Assembly (NCBI GenBank): GCA_947649125.1
Contig: CANSQL010000005.1
Coordinates: 8,401-72,400 of the forward strand
Source of the DNA: an uncultured Erysipelotrichaceae bacterium
GTDB taxonomy: Bacteria; Bacillota_I; Bacilli_A; Erysipelotrichales; Erysipelotrichaceae
DNA: 64,000 bases
Direction of reading: 5' to 3'
Below the pieces are notes generated by a model. It was not told the DNA's origin. It searched no databases and saw only the letters and a program-made list of their open reading frames with translations. This document shows, piece after piece, positions 16,401 to 25,617 of this stretch. Numbering within the stretch: the first letter of the stretch is position 1; each line of letters opens with the position of its first letter. Position numbers and translations under genes: made by a program.

Positions 16401-18846
16401 AGAGAATCCGATTTACGCAGTAAGCGGAAACGGCAGTGTTACTCCTGTCATAGAGGTAGACGGTGTCATTGATACCGATGGTGATGTATTGATCGAGGTA
16501 GATCACAACGAGGACAGCTCTATCGCATGGACCGGTGATAATAAAACAATCGAATATGACTACAGTGAACCAAATCCAAAGGATATCAAGATACATGCGA
16601 CCAAGCCGATGAATCGAAACTATAAAGCGGCAGAGGCAGACGGTGTGCTTCATATCATGGGACCTGATGAAAATGTACTGGCAATCACAAGTCCGGGTAA
16701 AATCACATACGGCGATCACTTCACGATCAGAAGCAGTCAATATGATGCGGACAGTACGAACGTACAGTATAAATTTGAGGTGGATGATACAACGTACATT
16801 TCAAATCCAACCGTAAACGGAAACAGTGCCGCGTTTGATGCAAAACAATTCAGCGGAAGCAATAAAACAACAATCACAGTAACGAGAACGGCAGACGGAG
16901 AATCACCGTTAAGTAAAAAGGTACAGGTATCGGTACTGCCGAAGCCGATCGAAATCGTCATTGATGATAAAGAAAAGTTAAAGGGAGAACAGAATCCAAG
17001 CTTGACCTATCGTGATTTCAAAAACAAGTTAGTTTCATGGAACGGCGTACAGGATGTGATACAGGAAAATGATATCAAGCTGAGTACAACCGCAAAAACA
17101 AACAGTAATGCAGGAAGCTATCCGATCAAGGGAGATGCCAACACATTAAACAAGACCTATCCAAACTACAGCTTTAGCTTTAAGCAAGGAACACTGGTAA
17201 TCAAAGAGGAAGCCATTGAGGATGATTGGTATCACTTAGAGCTTGATGACGGAAACAATACTGCCTATACAGGAGAGTGGACAAATCAAAACGTCAATAT
17301 CATCAGCGACCATAACGAGTATATCAATTTATCGTTAGATGGTAGTGCATGGAATCCAAGTCAGGTGACAATCACAAGCGAAGGCGAGACCAACCAAAGC
17401 TTTTGGATGAAAAAGGACAGCGGGGCTATCACCAAAGAGAAACAGGAAACAATCAGAATCGATAAGACAGCACCAAGTGTAAAAAACATCAAAGCCAAGG
17501 ATACAAACAACAAGCTGCAGGATATTATCAATAAAATCAGCGGCGGAATCTTCTTTAAGCCGGGAACGTCATTTGAGGTAACGACAAGTGATGCGAAGGA
17601 TGACCTAAAGGTCAGCGGTACAAAGGAAATCGCTTATAAGGTATATAAAACAGAGAAGCAATCAAGAGCCGGAGATGAGCTGATTAAGGATGGAACCTTA
17701 ACTGTCACAAAAGAAAAGGCAAGCATCACAATCAGTGAGTTGACCGGAAGCTACAAGGTATGCGTAACACCGACTGACAATGCGGGAAATACAAATACGG
17801 AGAGCTGTCATGAGGTAGAGCTAAAGAAAATCGATGTTGATGTAGACGGCGACGGTAAGCCTGATTTCAATGATCCGGATGGAGATGGCTGTCCTGACTT
17901 AAACATTAAGTGGAAAGACCCTGAAAATCCTGATAAATGGATCGTGGTAAACGGAGATCGAAATTATGACGGACTTCCTGATTTAAACATTGACAGTGAC
18001 GGCGACGGTAAGCCTGACTTGAATGTTGATACAGACCGAGATGGCAAGCCCGATCTTAACCTAGTAATTCTAAAGAAAGATGAATGGATGCCAACGAAGT
18101 GTGTCAAGGCAGACCCTGACAACGGAATCTTAGAGGAATATTGTACAGGTACAAACGTAAAGCCTGTAATCAATGTAGATACCGACAATGACGGAATTCC
18201 GAATATCAACATTGACAATAAGGGAGATTTCAAGCCACATATCAATATCTCAAAGGACGGTAAAACGCCGATTATCAATATTGCGATAATTCATGAATGG
18301 AAGCCAGAATTAAACAAAACAACAAACGGCTTCAGCTTTGATACAATGGCAATTGATGAGAAAAAGGATGTCTTATTAAATATAGATACCGACGGAGACG
18401 GCAGACCGGATGTCAATATTGATTTAGACAATGACGGTAAGCCCGATATTAACATAGATACCGATTTTGATTGGATACCCGATATCAATATCGACAGTAC
18501 AGGTGACGGACAGCCTGATACAAATGTAGATACCGATAATGACGGAATCGCAGATGAAAATATTGTTGAAATCAAGGAATGGAAGCCGAATAAAAATGTT
18601 GACGGCGATTTACCTTATGATACGATGGATTTTAATGAACAAGATCCATCAGATGATACAACAACCGATCCGATTCCGCCGAAAAACGATACAAGTGTCA
18701 AGGGAGTTTATAATCCGGCAACAAGTATGGGCGGTGCAATGACCGGAGATTCAACGAATGTGATGTTATATATCACTTCTATAGCATTCGCTGTCGGACT
18801 GATTGCTTATCTAATATACAAAAAACAGAAAGATACATTTCAATAA
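13423..18846 (+). CDS. Giant cell-surface protein 2 (tandem paralog of 7834..13275)
   Basis: ATG 13423 has RBS AAAGGAGAAG and signal-like MKKLIVVLMMVVIAVSVGHA. The C-terminal ~1230 aa are collinear with protein 1 at a constant +5571 nt offset. Confidence 0.9.
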   Translation: MKKLIVVLMMVVIAVSVGHAYYNYSLSAADSTYNAGGNITGRINKMPSGLTSTTSSLQKGDKILMNVDNAYASDKLGWQLLSYQTYTDYGCTTKTTCTGKPQISAWLAMSDKPIAKTNAVDSINVFEKGSRGPWYTLDFTKTKMYPSLTNLNNKLSASAVDNQLIVYRNLYYIHEFYKKATEKNTPHYLDQVDKATFSTPDLLGKAAFLTSYYENYGRGELGLTTYPVQPIDLTFSDDYFYSNAYADTPISSSNSCDYYMYIATKNTGTTGNARNLSKNSVNVQYVIRPSIYLNVENTVFAVSRGTSGSVGKVHLTKLTNGYTSLYAETTEDKTNGKHVAMKLRMYNSALTAQLNDIKHSNGTSISKITKDQTVKLTAAANAGNDGAGGVYTLSVILLDENNNFAYYKPLESAKGSGTYEFDLSGIAAGKYKVAVVNEAYNEALTSPADSSLISNTMPLEIVETVSVNVTPKTGLEVGKNVNQNDVAATYTTSGGVSPITATLVSDTSVSGHENDYQLFSLSNGNVIVKGPGGLAAGDYYFKINAIDNYGDPINGVNSATVHVVVGKTNLTVAFDDANITKKSIDEAKTSWNETATANPSAGTKVTYSVSGGDISLITIDPDTGAITYAGNNAYGKVKIKATADDDPSSGKDNYNPAFSEKEIIIYRGVDGSVTPDSNSSSTQTPTFTTSDSNIKVNGIIGTIKGSAGTPDTIGGNTTTYTYGLKTGAGDAGFFSVDVNTGVIKTTANLGVKTYSITVTVSDKWSTKEIPVTINVGMSAAENLRFYENSTSSTIINSKSAKVTDTNVVVYATVKGSTNMNPVTYKIKDGSTNVIEVNSSSGAVTIHGVGTVTIVAEKQGASGQADARTELTFTVTAGAQNFIYTDNAGNELPKSGNNYSAKTDTYAPNKTIQLYTAGNPNGSTVTYQLKAGSPTDVISVDANGLVTILNASLNNQMGRVIVQATSHDPTGNYADKTIELPINIEKGTRTISFKENPIYAVSGNGSVTPVIEVDGVIDTDGDVLIEVDHNEDSSIAWTGDNKTIEYDYSEPNPKDIKIHATKPMNRNYKAAEADGVLHIMGPDENVLAITSPGKITYGDHFTIRSSQYDADSTNVQYKFEVDDTTYISNPTVNGNSAAFDAKQFSGSNKTTITVTRTADGESPLSKKVQVSVLPKPIEIVIDDKEKLKGEQNPSLTYRDFKNKLVSWNGVQDVIQENDIKLSTTAKTNSNAGSYPIKGDANTLNKTYPNYSFSFKQGTLVIKEEAIEDDWYHLELDDGNNTAYTGEWTNQNVNIISDHNEYINLSLDGSAWNPSQVTITSEGETNQSFWMKKDSGAITKEKQETIRIDKTAPSVKNIKAKDTNNKLQDIINKISGGIFFKPGTSFEVTTSDAKDDLKVSGTKEIAYKVYKTEKQSRAGDELIKDGTLTVTKEKASITISELTGSYKVCVTPTDNAGNTNTESCHEVELKKIDVDVDGDGKPDFNDPDGDGCPDLNIKWKDPENPDKWIVVNGDRNYDGLPDLNIDSDGDGKPDLNVDTDRDGKPDLNLVILKKDEWMPTKCVKADPDNGILEEYCTGTNVKPVINVDTDNDGIPNINIDNKGDFKPHINISKDGKTPIINIAIIHEWKPELNKTTNGFSFDTMAIDEKKDVLLNIDTDGDGRPDVNIDLDNDGKPDINIDTDFDWIPDINIDSTGDGQPDTNVDTDNDGIADENIVEIKEWKPNKNVDGDLPYDTMDFNEQDPSDDTTTDPIPPKNDTSVKGVYNPATSMGGAMTGDSTNVMLYITSIAFAVGLIAYLIYKKQKDTFQ

Positions 18847-18871
18847 ATAAAGTCTAATAAGGCGTACATTT
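15121..18871 (+). repeat. Copy B of the direct repeat
   Basis: See copy A. The same antisense ORFs appear in the track at +5571 (10693/16264, 12720/18291, 12968/18539). Confidence 0.9.
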
Positions 18872-19023
18872 CTCTGACAGATATAGCAAAATATAATAAT
18901 CCAGACAATGCCTTTATTGTGGTGGCAAACTGGATGCGAAATCATTCTACGATCTCATTTTTGGGTTTGTGGGAACAAATTCATAATTCCAATTTAAAAC
19001 CTATCGAATTCGATAGGTTTTAA
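18865..19023 (+). pseudogene. Truncated N-terminal fragment of a KilA-N-type gene (no start codon, premature stop)
   Basis: Translation reads YISLTDIAKYNNPDNAFIVVANWMRNHSTISFLGLWEQIHNSNLKPIEFDRF*. This resembles the conserved N-terminal part (ISLTD...NW(L/M)RNR.T(I/V)EFLG(I/L)WE..HNP.F...EF) of KilA-N domain proteins as I remember them. No ATG or RBS is present. Confidence 0.5.
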
Positions 19024-19230
19024 GCAGAGTCTTCTCTGGATGTGTTGAAAAAAATCTGATTGGAGATTCATAGTCGATGAAGCTAAAAGCTTCACGACAT
19101 AGATTGAAAAATCGAGATGTAGCTCTTCGTAAAATCGAGAGAAATCCCGCATGGGGGACGTTAAAACAAAGCCATGATGTTGTATCCGACTATATACAAT
19201 TATTTAGTTCGTGTTTCAATTCTTTAAATT

Positions 19231-19251
19231 GCCTCTGTTGAGGCTTTTTTT
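19231..19251 (+). terminator. Orphan rho-independent terminator in the degraded region
   Basis: GCCTC-tgtt-GAGGC followed by T7, with no intact gene upstream. Confidence 0.65.
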
Positions 19252-19620
19252 ACGGAAATGAATGTTAAGGCCGGAAGCGGCATAATAGTAAGGTTATACT
19301 TATTTAATATTCAGACAAATCAGTTTTTTTTATTTTTTGGTACTCCCTGTGTTATTAATATTGTTTTCATCATGCAGCCTTGCTGTTTTGGAGATTGAAA
19401 TATTTTAAATAATATCATATCAAAAAGACAATGTTTATGGTAAAATGGCACAGGAAGGAATTTCCAGTAAAAAGCATGCTGCATTGTATCAGCAAATGAT
19501 CTTTTCATCGATCTGCAAACTTAAACTATCTTAAATTATATTATAAGACTACAGTGATATTTAGATAGTCTATGCAAATCGGGTGAATAGGTTATACAAT
19601 TATATACATGAGGTGTTTAT

Positions 19621-19947
19621 ATGGATAATACGGAGATCAGGACAATAATTAAAAATGGGTTAAAACAAAATCATATGACACAGGCAGAGCTGGCCTCAAT
19701 GCTTGGGATAGAACGAGCAACCGTAAATCGTTGGTGTGTAGGTCGTGCGATTCCCGAAGCAGATACCTTTCTGCAGGTTTGTATCCTTCTGCATATTCGC
19801 ATCGATTCCTATTTATATGACGGTGATGATCCGCTTCAGACACAGATAATGAGAATGGTAACTCATTTAGATGAAAGAAAAAGGGCATCCTTACTTCGTA
19901 TGCTGAATCAGCTGATGGAAATGGTAAATGAAACAATATCCGTTTAA
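19621..19947 (+). CDS. XRE-family helix-turn-helix transcriptional regulator
   Basis: HTH motif MTQAELASMLGIERATVNRWCVGRAIP. RBS GAGGTG. Confidence 0.8.
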   Translation: MDNTEIRTIIKNGLKQNHMTQAELASMLGIERATVNRWCVGRAIPEADTFLQVCILLHIRIDSYLYDGDDPLQTQIMRMVTHLDERKRASLLRMLNQLMEMVNETISV

Positions 19948-19994
19948 ATAATCGTATTTGAAAGCGAATGCGATTATTTTTTTATGCTATTTCA

Positions 19995-20381
19995 TTAAAG
20001 CATATCAAGCAGCTCCCACAGAAAGCTTAAAATGATTTGCTTATGCTCACTGTCTAACGCATTTAGTTTTTTCAGCAGCAATATCTCTTCCTCACTTACT
20101 TGATGATTGATAAAATAACGAAGCTGTGAATATGGATCGGGACGATGTAAAAGCTTTAAAAAGAAATTATCAATGCTTCTGTTCGCAAGCTCCATGATTT
20201 TATAGAAATCAATTAACGATGGTCTTGTTTTGGCTCCGCTCGTATATTTATATAAAACCGAATACGGAATATCAGCCAATTCCGCCATCCTTTTAAAGCT
20301 GATTCCCATCTCCTCTTTCAGTTGATATAAAAATGTAGAAAAATTGAAATTTTCCAGTATGCGGATATCATCGTTATTCAT
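19995..20381 (-). CDS. HTH (XRE-like) DNA-binding protein
   Basis: ISFKRMAELADIPYSVLYKYTSG resembles an HTH_3 motif. RBS AGGAGA. Confidence 0.6.
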   Translation of the reverse strand: MNNDDIRILENFNFSTFLYQLKEEMGISFKRMAELADIPYSVLYKYTSGAKTRPSLIDFYKIMELANRSIDNFFLKLLHRPDPYSQLRYFINHQVSEEEILLLKKLNALDSEHKQIILSFLWELLDML

Positions 20382-20562
20382 TCGTATCTCCTCTTTTCAT
20401 GTTTTTTATTTTAACATAATCTGTGAATCTGAGCTATTCTTAATCCCAAATCTTTACATGAAACTATTTGACTCATAAAGTAATATATATGTTACATTTT
20501 ATGTAAATAATAAAATATGACATTTATTGTGAGAGAGAAACAATCGCTTATTATGTAAAAAG

Positions 20563-20609
20563 AAAAGCATGCCTGTTTGCACAAGAAAGTGCTTTCGGCA
20601 TGCGTTTTC
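20563..20609 (-). terminator. Terminator of the collagen-like gene
   Basis: GCATGCC-N23-GGCATGC hairpin flanked by A and T runs, immediately after the stop codon. Confidence 0.7.
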
Positions 20610-21644
20610 TTACATATTTACTTGTTTAACGATCAAGGATGCACTGACGCCGCTGTTCAGATTTACATCTGATTCCTGCAGCGAGCTGATGCTTAAATGA
20701 AGCTGATCCTGTGCGTTTAAGGTGACAAGTGCCTGAGCGGTAAATACATTGTTTTCATTTCCGCTTACATTTTTAGAAGCGATCAATGACGGAATATTAG
20801 CGTTCTGATTACGAACCGATACGGATAACGGTTCTGCGCCGTTGGTGTTGATATCCACAACGAAGCTTACCTCATAGGTTCCGCTTTGCGTAACGGTCAA
20901 GATATTGTTGCTGAGCAGGACATTTAACAGATCCATAGAATTCTCTAAAGGAATTGTTACACTGCCGCCTTCAGGTATCTCTAAGGCTAAGGCACCGTCA
21001 TGATAAGCACCGCCGTAGGACTGTAAGCCCTGTGCGGGACCTGCCGGCCCTTGAGGGCCTGTCGCACCTTGCGGCCCCTGCGGGCCTGTTGCGCCTGCAG
21101 CACCTGTGGCACCGGGAACACCTTGCGGACCCTGAGCACCCTGAGGGCCAACCGGACCTGCCGGACCGGTTGCTCCCGCAGCACCGTCAGCACCTGTCGC
21201 TCCTGTTGCGCCTTGCGGACCCTGAGGACCTTGCGGACCTGTCGCACCTGCCGGCCCCTGCGGACCTGTTGCGCCTGCAGCACCGTCAGCACCTGTCGCA
21301 CCTGTTGCGCCTGTCGGACCTTGTGCACCTGTCGCGCCTTGCGGACCCATAACGCCCTGCGGACCTGTTACACCCTGCGGACCGCGTGCACCCGTAATTC
21401 CTTGCGGCCCTTGAATGCCTTGGATACCGCGCGGACCCTGCGGACCTGTGGCACCCTTAGGACCCCGCGGACCGGTAGGGCCTACCTTACATTCACAAGG
21501 ACTCGGACAAGGGCACGGTCTCTGACAGTCGCAGGGACAAGCGCTATCCTCATCACACATATCCATACAGGAATTTAAATCACAACCGCAGTCATCAAAA
21601 TCATTAAAGCACTCGTCGTTGTAATAGCAGTTATTTCGATACAT
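20610..21644 (-). CDS. Collagen-like triple-helix repeat protein with a Cys-rich N-terminus and a BclA/C1q-like C-terminal domain
   Basis: ATG 21644 has RBS AAAGGAGAAG. There are 17 Cys in the first ~50 aa, a long uninterrupted run of G-X-Y triplets ([10 protein letters not shown]...GPQGPAGPA), then a ~140-aa globular tail. Confidence 0.9.
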   Translation of the reverse strand: MYRNNCYYNDECFNDFDDCGCDLNSCMDMCDEDSACPCDCQRPCPCPSPCECKVGPTGPRGPKGATGPQGPRGIQGIQGPQGITGARGPQGVTGPQGVMGPQGATGAQGPTGATGATGADGAAGATGPQGPAGATGPQGPQGPQGATGATGADGAAGATGPAGPVGPQGAQGPQGVPGATGAAGATGPQGPQGATGPQGPAGPAQGLQSYGGAYHDGALALEIPEGGSVTIPLENSMDLLNVLLSNNILTVTQSGTYEVSFVVDINTNGAEPLSVSVRNQNANIPSLIASKNVSGNENNVFTAQALVTLNAQDQLHLSISSLQESDVNLNSGVSASLIVKQVNM

Positions 21645-21692
21645 GATAACTTCTCCTTTCACTGAGTGAAACACATTGCTTTGTTTCAACAC

Positions 21693-21719
21693 TACTATAT
21701 GATTTATCGCAATCAGCGT
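21693..21719 (-). promoter_or_regulatory. Candidate SigK-type promoter (AC-N16-CATATAGTA)
   Basis: The reverse strand reads AC gctgattgcgataaat CATATAGTA about 45 nt upstream of the collagen-like ATG. The B. subtilis SigK consensus is AC-N16/17-CATA---TA. This is a low-information motif. Confidence 0.3.
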
Positions 21720-21835
21720 CTGGGCGAATACCTATGTGAGTGCATAAAAGGAAAAAAACGTAAAAAATACGTGCTAATAATTAGGATATTTGGAAATACT
21801 AATGTATAATATAGAGGTAATTTGAGGTGATAAGG

Positions 21836-24658
21836 ATGAATAACGACTTTATAGATATCAAGGGAGCCAGAGAAAACAATCTGAAGGATGTTTCGATCAA
21901 GGTTCCGCGCAATCAATTTGTGATTATGACCGGTGTATCGGGCTCGGGGAAAACCTCGCTGGCCTTTGATACGATCTATGCGGAGGGACAGCGCCGCTAT
22001 GTGGAAAGCTTGTCCGCCTATGCACGACAGTTTTTAGGCAACAGTGAAAAGCCCGATGTGGATTCCATTGAGGGACTTTCTCCGGCTATTTCCATCGATC
22101 AGAAAACCACCAGCAACAACCCGCGTTCCACGGTCGGTACGGTGACGGAGATTTACGATTATTTGCGATTGTTGTATGCACGTGTCGGTACGCCGTATTG
22201 TCCCAATCACAATGAACCGATCACAAGCCAAACGCTGAAGCAGATGGTCGATCGCATAATGGAGCTGCCTGACAAAACAAGGCTGATCATTATGGCACCG
22301 GCTGTTCACGGGGCAAAGGGTACGCATAAGGATTTGTTTGAACAACTGCGTAAGGAAGGCTATATCCGTGCTCGCATTGACGGTGAGATGAAGCTGTTAG
22401 AGGATGTGGAAGGACTTGAAAAAAATAAAAAGCATTCCATCGATGTGATTGTCGATCGATTGGTGAAAAGCAGCGATCGCTCACGTCTGCATGATTCATT
22501 GGAAAGCGCATGTAAGCTCGGTGACGGTCTTGTGATTGTTGAACATGACGGTAAGGAAGAACTGTTTTCTACGAACTATTCATGTAAATACTGCGGCTTT
22601 ACAATACCTCGCTTAGAGCCGCGCCTGTTTTCCTTTAATGCGCCTTTCGGTGCATGTGAGCACTGTAAGGGCTTAGGCATTACGCAAAAGGTCGATATTG
22701 ATTATTTGATTCCCGACCGCAGTAAAAGCATTCGTCAGGGCGGTATTATTTATTATAAAAATATCATTGCGAAGGAAAATTTAGAATGGCAGCGCTTTAA
22801 AGCATTATGCGATTATTATAAAATTGATATTGATAAGCCGATCAAGCAGCTTTCCAAAAAAGAATTGGATATTCTGTTATACGGGTCAAAGGATATCATT
22901 TCCTATCATATTTATTCTAAATCCGGCAGTGTCATCAAGAAATCGGAATTCATTGAAGGCGTTTGTACCTTAATTGAACGTCGTTATATGGAAACAAGCT
23001 CACAGATGTCACGGGAATGGTATGCGACCTTTTTGGCTGAAGCACCATGTCCTACCTGCGGCGGCAAGCGTTTGAATGAACAGGCGCTGGCAGTGCGCGT
23101 CGGCGGCAAAAGCATCTATGAATGGACACAGATGTCAGTCAAGCAGGCAATCGCTTTTATGGATGAACTACAGCTGACACAACAACAGGCAGAAATCGCC
23201 AAGCTGATTTTAAAGGAAATCAAGGACCGCTTACAATTTTTAAACAATGTCGGACTTGCCTATTTGACCTTAGATCGTTTGGCGGGAACACTGTCGGGCG
23301 GAGAGGCACAGCGAATTCGCTTGGCAACACAGATCGGCTCGCATTTAAGCGGTGTGCTGTATGTGCTTGATGAACCGAGCATCGGACTGCATCAGCGCGA
23401 TAACGATCGCTTGATCGCAACCTTGAAAAATATGCGTGATTTAGGCAATTCCTTGATTGTCGTTGAACATGATGAGGATACGATGCGCGCAAGTGATTAT
23501 ATTATCGATATCGGACCGGGGGCAGGGGTTCACGGCGGAAGCGTGGTTGCGGCAGGAACTCCGCAGGAAGTCATGAACAATGAACAGTCGATTACCGGCA
23601 ATTATCTGTCCGGCAGAATGCGTATCGATATCCCGAGCGAGCGTCGCAAAGGCAATCGCAAATGTCTTGAGGTCGTCGATGCCTATGAAAATAATTTGAA
23701 GCATATTACCGTGAGGTTTCCGTTAGGCAAGCTGATCGTCGTTACCGGTGTATCGGGCAGCGGGAAGTCAACACTGGTGAACGAGGTTTTATCAAAGGGC
23801 ATCATGCATGAGCTGGGACGAACCAAAATGAAGCCGGGCAAGCATAAGAAAATCAAGGGACTGGCGTATATCGATAAGATCATCGATATTTCACAGGATC
23901 CGATCGGACGTACGCCGCGGTCCAATCCTGCAACCTATACGGGTGTTTTTGATGATATCCGTGATCTGTTCGCGCAGACCCCTGAGGCAAAAATGCGCGG
24001 CTATGAAAAGGGTCGCTTCTCCTTTAACGTCAAGGGCGGACGCTGTGAGGCATGTCAGGGAGACGGAATCCTGCGTATTTCCATGCATTTTTTACCGGAT
24101 GTCTATGTGCCGTGTGAGGAATGCGGCGGCAAGCGCTATAATGAGGAAACGCTGCAGGTAACCTATAAGGGCAAAAATATTTACGATGTCTTGGATATGA
24201 GTGTTGAGGAGGCAATCGATTTCTTTGCGAATGTCGCGAAGATTCGTCATAAGCTGCAGACACTGAAGGATGTCGGCCTCGGCTATATCAAGCTGGGACA
24301 AAGCGCGACCACCCTGTCAGGCGGTGAAGCACAGCGTGTGAAACTAGCCAGTGAGCTGCAGCGCAAGGCTACCGGCAAAACGCTGTTTGTCTTAGATGAG
24401 CCGACAACCGGATTACATACGCATGATGTGAAGAAGCTGCTTGAGGTATTACAGCGCATTGTCGACAACGGCGATACGGTGTTAGTAATCGAGCACAATC
24501 TTGATATCATCAAATGCGCCGACCATATCATCGATTTAGGACCTGAGGGCGGCGATGAAGGCGGTACGCTGATGGCAGAGGGGACTCCCGAGGATATTTG
24601 TGCCGTGAAGGACAGCTATACCGGTCAGTATTTAAAAAAACTGATGGAAGGAAGGTAA
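21836..24658 (+). CDS. uvrA: Excinuclease ABC subunit A
   Basis: MNNDFIDIKGARENNLK, two ABC ATPase modules (GVSGSGKTS / GVSGSGKST) and zinc-finger cysteines. The start is set at ATG 21836, 8 nt after GAGG. Confidence 0.97.
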   Translation: MNNDFIDIKGARENNLKDVSIKVPRNQFVIMTGVSGSGKTSLAFDTIYAEGQRRYVESLSAYARQFLGNSEKPDVDSIEGLSPAISIDQKTTSNNPRSTVGTVTEIYDYLRLLYARVGTPYCPNHNEPITSQTLKQMVDRIMELPDKTRLIIMAPAVHGAKGTHKDLFEQLRKEGYIRARIDGEMKLLEDVEGLEKNKKHSIDVIVDRLVKSSDRSRLHDSLESACKLGDGLVIVEHDGKEELFSTNYSCKYCGFTIPRLEPRLFSFNAPFGACEHCKGLGITQKVDIDYLIPDRSKSIRQGGIIYYKNIIAKENLEWQRFKALCDYYKIDIDKPIKQLSKKELDILLYGSKDIISYHIYSKSGSVIKKSEFIEGVCTLIERRYMETSSQMSREWYATFLAEAPCPTCGGKRLNEQALAVRVGGKSIYEWTQMSVKQAIAFMDELQLTQQQAEIAKLILKEIKDRLQFLNNVGLAYLTLDRLAGTLSGGEAQRIRLATQIGSHLSGVLYVLDEPSIGLHQRDNDRLIATLKNMRDLGNSLIVVEHDEDTMRASDYIIDIGPGAGVHGGSVVAAGTPQEVMNNEQSITGNYLSGRMRIDIPSERRKGNRKCLEVVDAYENNLKHITVRFPLGKLIVVTGVSGSGKSTLVNEVLSKGIMHELGRTKMKPGKHKKIKGLAYIDKIIDISQDPIGRTPRSNPATYTGVFDDIRDLFAQTPEAKMRGYEKGRFSFNVKGGRCEACQGDGILRISMHFLPDVYVPCEECGGKRYNEETLQVTYKGKNIYDVLDMSVEEAIDFFANVAKIRHKLQTLKDVGLGYIKLGQSATTLSGGEAQRVKLASELQRKATGKTLFVLDEPTTGLHTHDVKKLLEVLQRIVDNGDTVLVIEHNLDIIKCADHIIDLGPEGGDEGGTLMAEGTPEDICAVKDSYTGQYLKKLMEGR

Positions 24659-24662
24659 GCGT

Positions 24663-25604
24663 ATGGAGGAACAAAAGGCAATCACGGTTCGCCGTTTAAA
24701 AAATTACTTCGGCTTTGAACAAATCTGCGGTAATGAGGAAAGCTTAAACCGCATGATTCAAATTGCCGATACCAATCGTCCCGGTCTTGAACTTGCGGGC
24801 TATTTCGATCATTCTCAGGCTCGTCGTTTAGTGATTCTCGGCGATAAGGAAATGGCATATATCCAAACGATGAGTGAGAAAAAACAGCGCAAATCGTTTG
24901 ATTTTATCACCGATGAAAAAACACCGGCAATCATTATCTCTAAGCATCATGAGTGTCCGCTGTTGTTGAAGCGCATCGCCAAGCGCAAAAAATTTCCGAT
25001 TTTTGTCGCAAATTCACCGACATCACGCTTGATCGTTGATATCGTTGCGTTTTTGGATGAGGAGCTGGCAACGGGTGACTGTCTGCACGGCGGTTTGATT
25101 TCCATCTACGGCAAGGGTGTACTGATTCGCGGCGACAGCGGCATGGGGAAATCCGAAATTGCCTTGGAGCTGATCAAGCGCGGACATTTACTGGTGGCAG
25201 ATGATCGAGTGGACTGCTTCCGTATTCATAATAAAATCGTCGGCAAAGCGCCGGATCTATTACGCGGGATGTTGGAACTGAGAGGTATCGGTGTGATCAA
25301 TGTTCAGCGAATGTTCGGTATCACATCGGTCATTCCTAAGGCAGAGGTTTCACTTGAAATCTGTTTGGAGAAGTTTCAGGCACATGCCGATTATGATCGT
25401 GTCGGCATTGAGGAGAAAAAATACGACAGCATTCTGGGTGTCGATATTCCTAAAATAGTAATACCGGTAAGAGAGGGACGTTCCATGGCTGTAATCATCG
25501 AGTCTGCGGTAACCAATTATATTCTCGGTGAAATGGGTATGGACAGTGCCAAGGAATTTGAACAGAGGGTTTTGGATTATATCGAACAAAACAAGGAACA
25601 GTAA
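24663..25604 (+). CDS. hprK: HPr(Ser) kinase/phosphorylase
   Basis: Walker-type motif GDSGMGKSE followed by IALELIKRGHLLVADD. Confidence 0.95.
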   Translation: MEEQKAITVRRLKNYFGFEQICGNEESLNRMIQIADTNRPGLELAGYFDHSQARRLVILGDKEMAYIQTMSEKKQRKSFDFITDEKTPAIIISKHHECPLLLKRIAKRKKFPIFVANSPTSRLIVDIVAFLDEELATGDCLHGGLISIYGKGVLIRGDSGMGKSEIALELIKRGHLLVADDRVDCFRIHNKIVGKAPDLLRGMLELRGIGVINVQRMFGITSVIPKAEVSLEICLEKFQAHADYDRVGIEEKKYDSILGVDIPKIVIPVREGRSMAVIIESAVTNYILGEMGMDSAKEFEQRVLDYIEQNKEQ

Positions 25605-25617
25605 GGGAGGCTAAATT

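Noticed and set aside
19024-19230. Possible transposase fragment after the KilA-N remnant (short open frames on both strands)
   Set aside because: The translated fragments (e.g. LKNRDVALRKIERNPAWGTLKQSHDVVSDYIQLF, or the reverse-strand HGFVLTSPMRDFSRFYEELHLDF...) did not match any transposase family I could recognise. The region is left as an unassigned degraded sequence.
20954-21578. Three ORFs (132, 113 and 175 aa) overlapping the collagen-like gene on both strands
   Set aside because: The GC-rich GGN-CCN triplet repeats stay open in several frames. Only the G-X-Y frame has an RBS, a start, flanking non-repeat domains and a terminator.
21720-21835. SOS (LexA/Cheo) box upstream of uvrA
   Set aside because: No GAAC-N4-GTTC-type element was found. 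Only a short ACGTA-N5-TACGT palindrome is present, which does not match the Bacillota LexA consensus.
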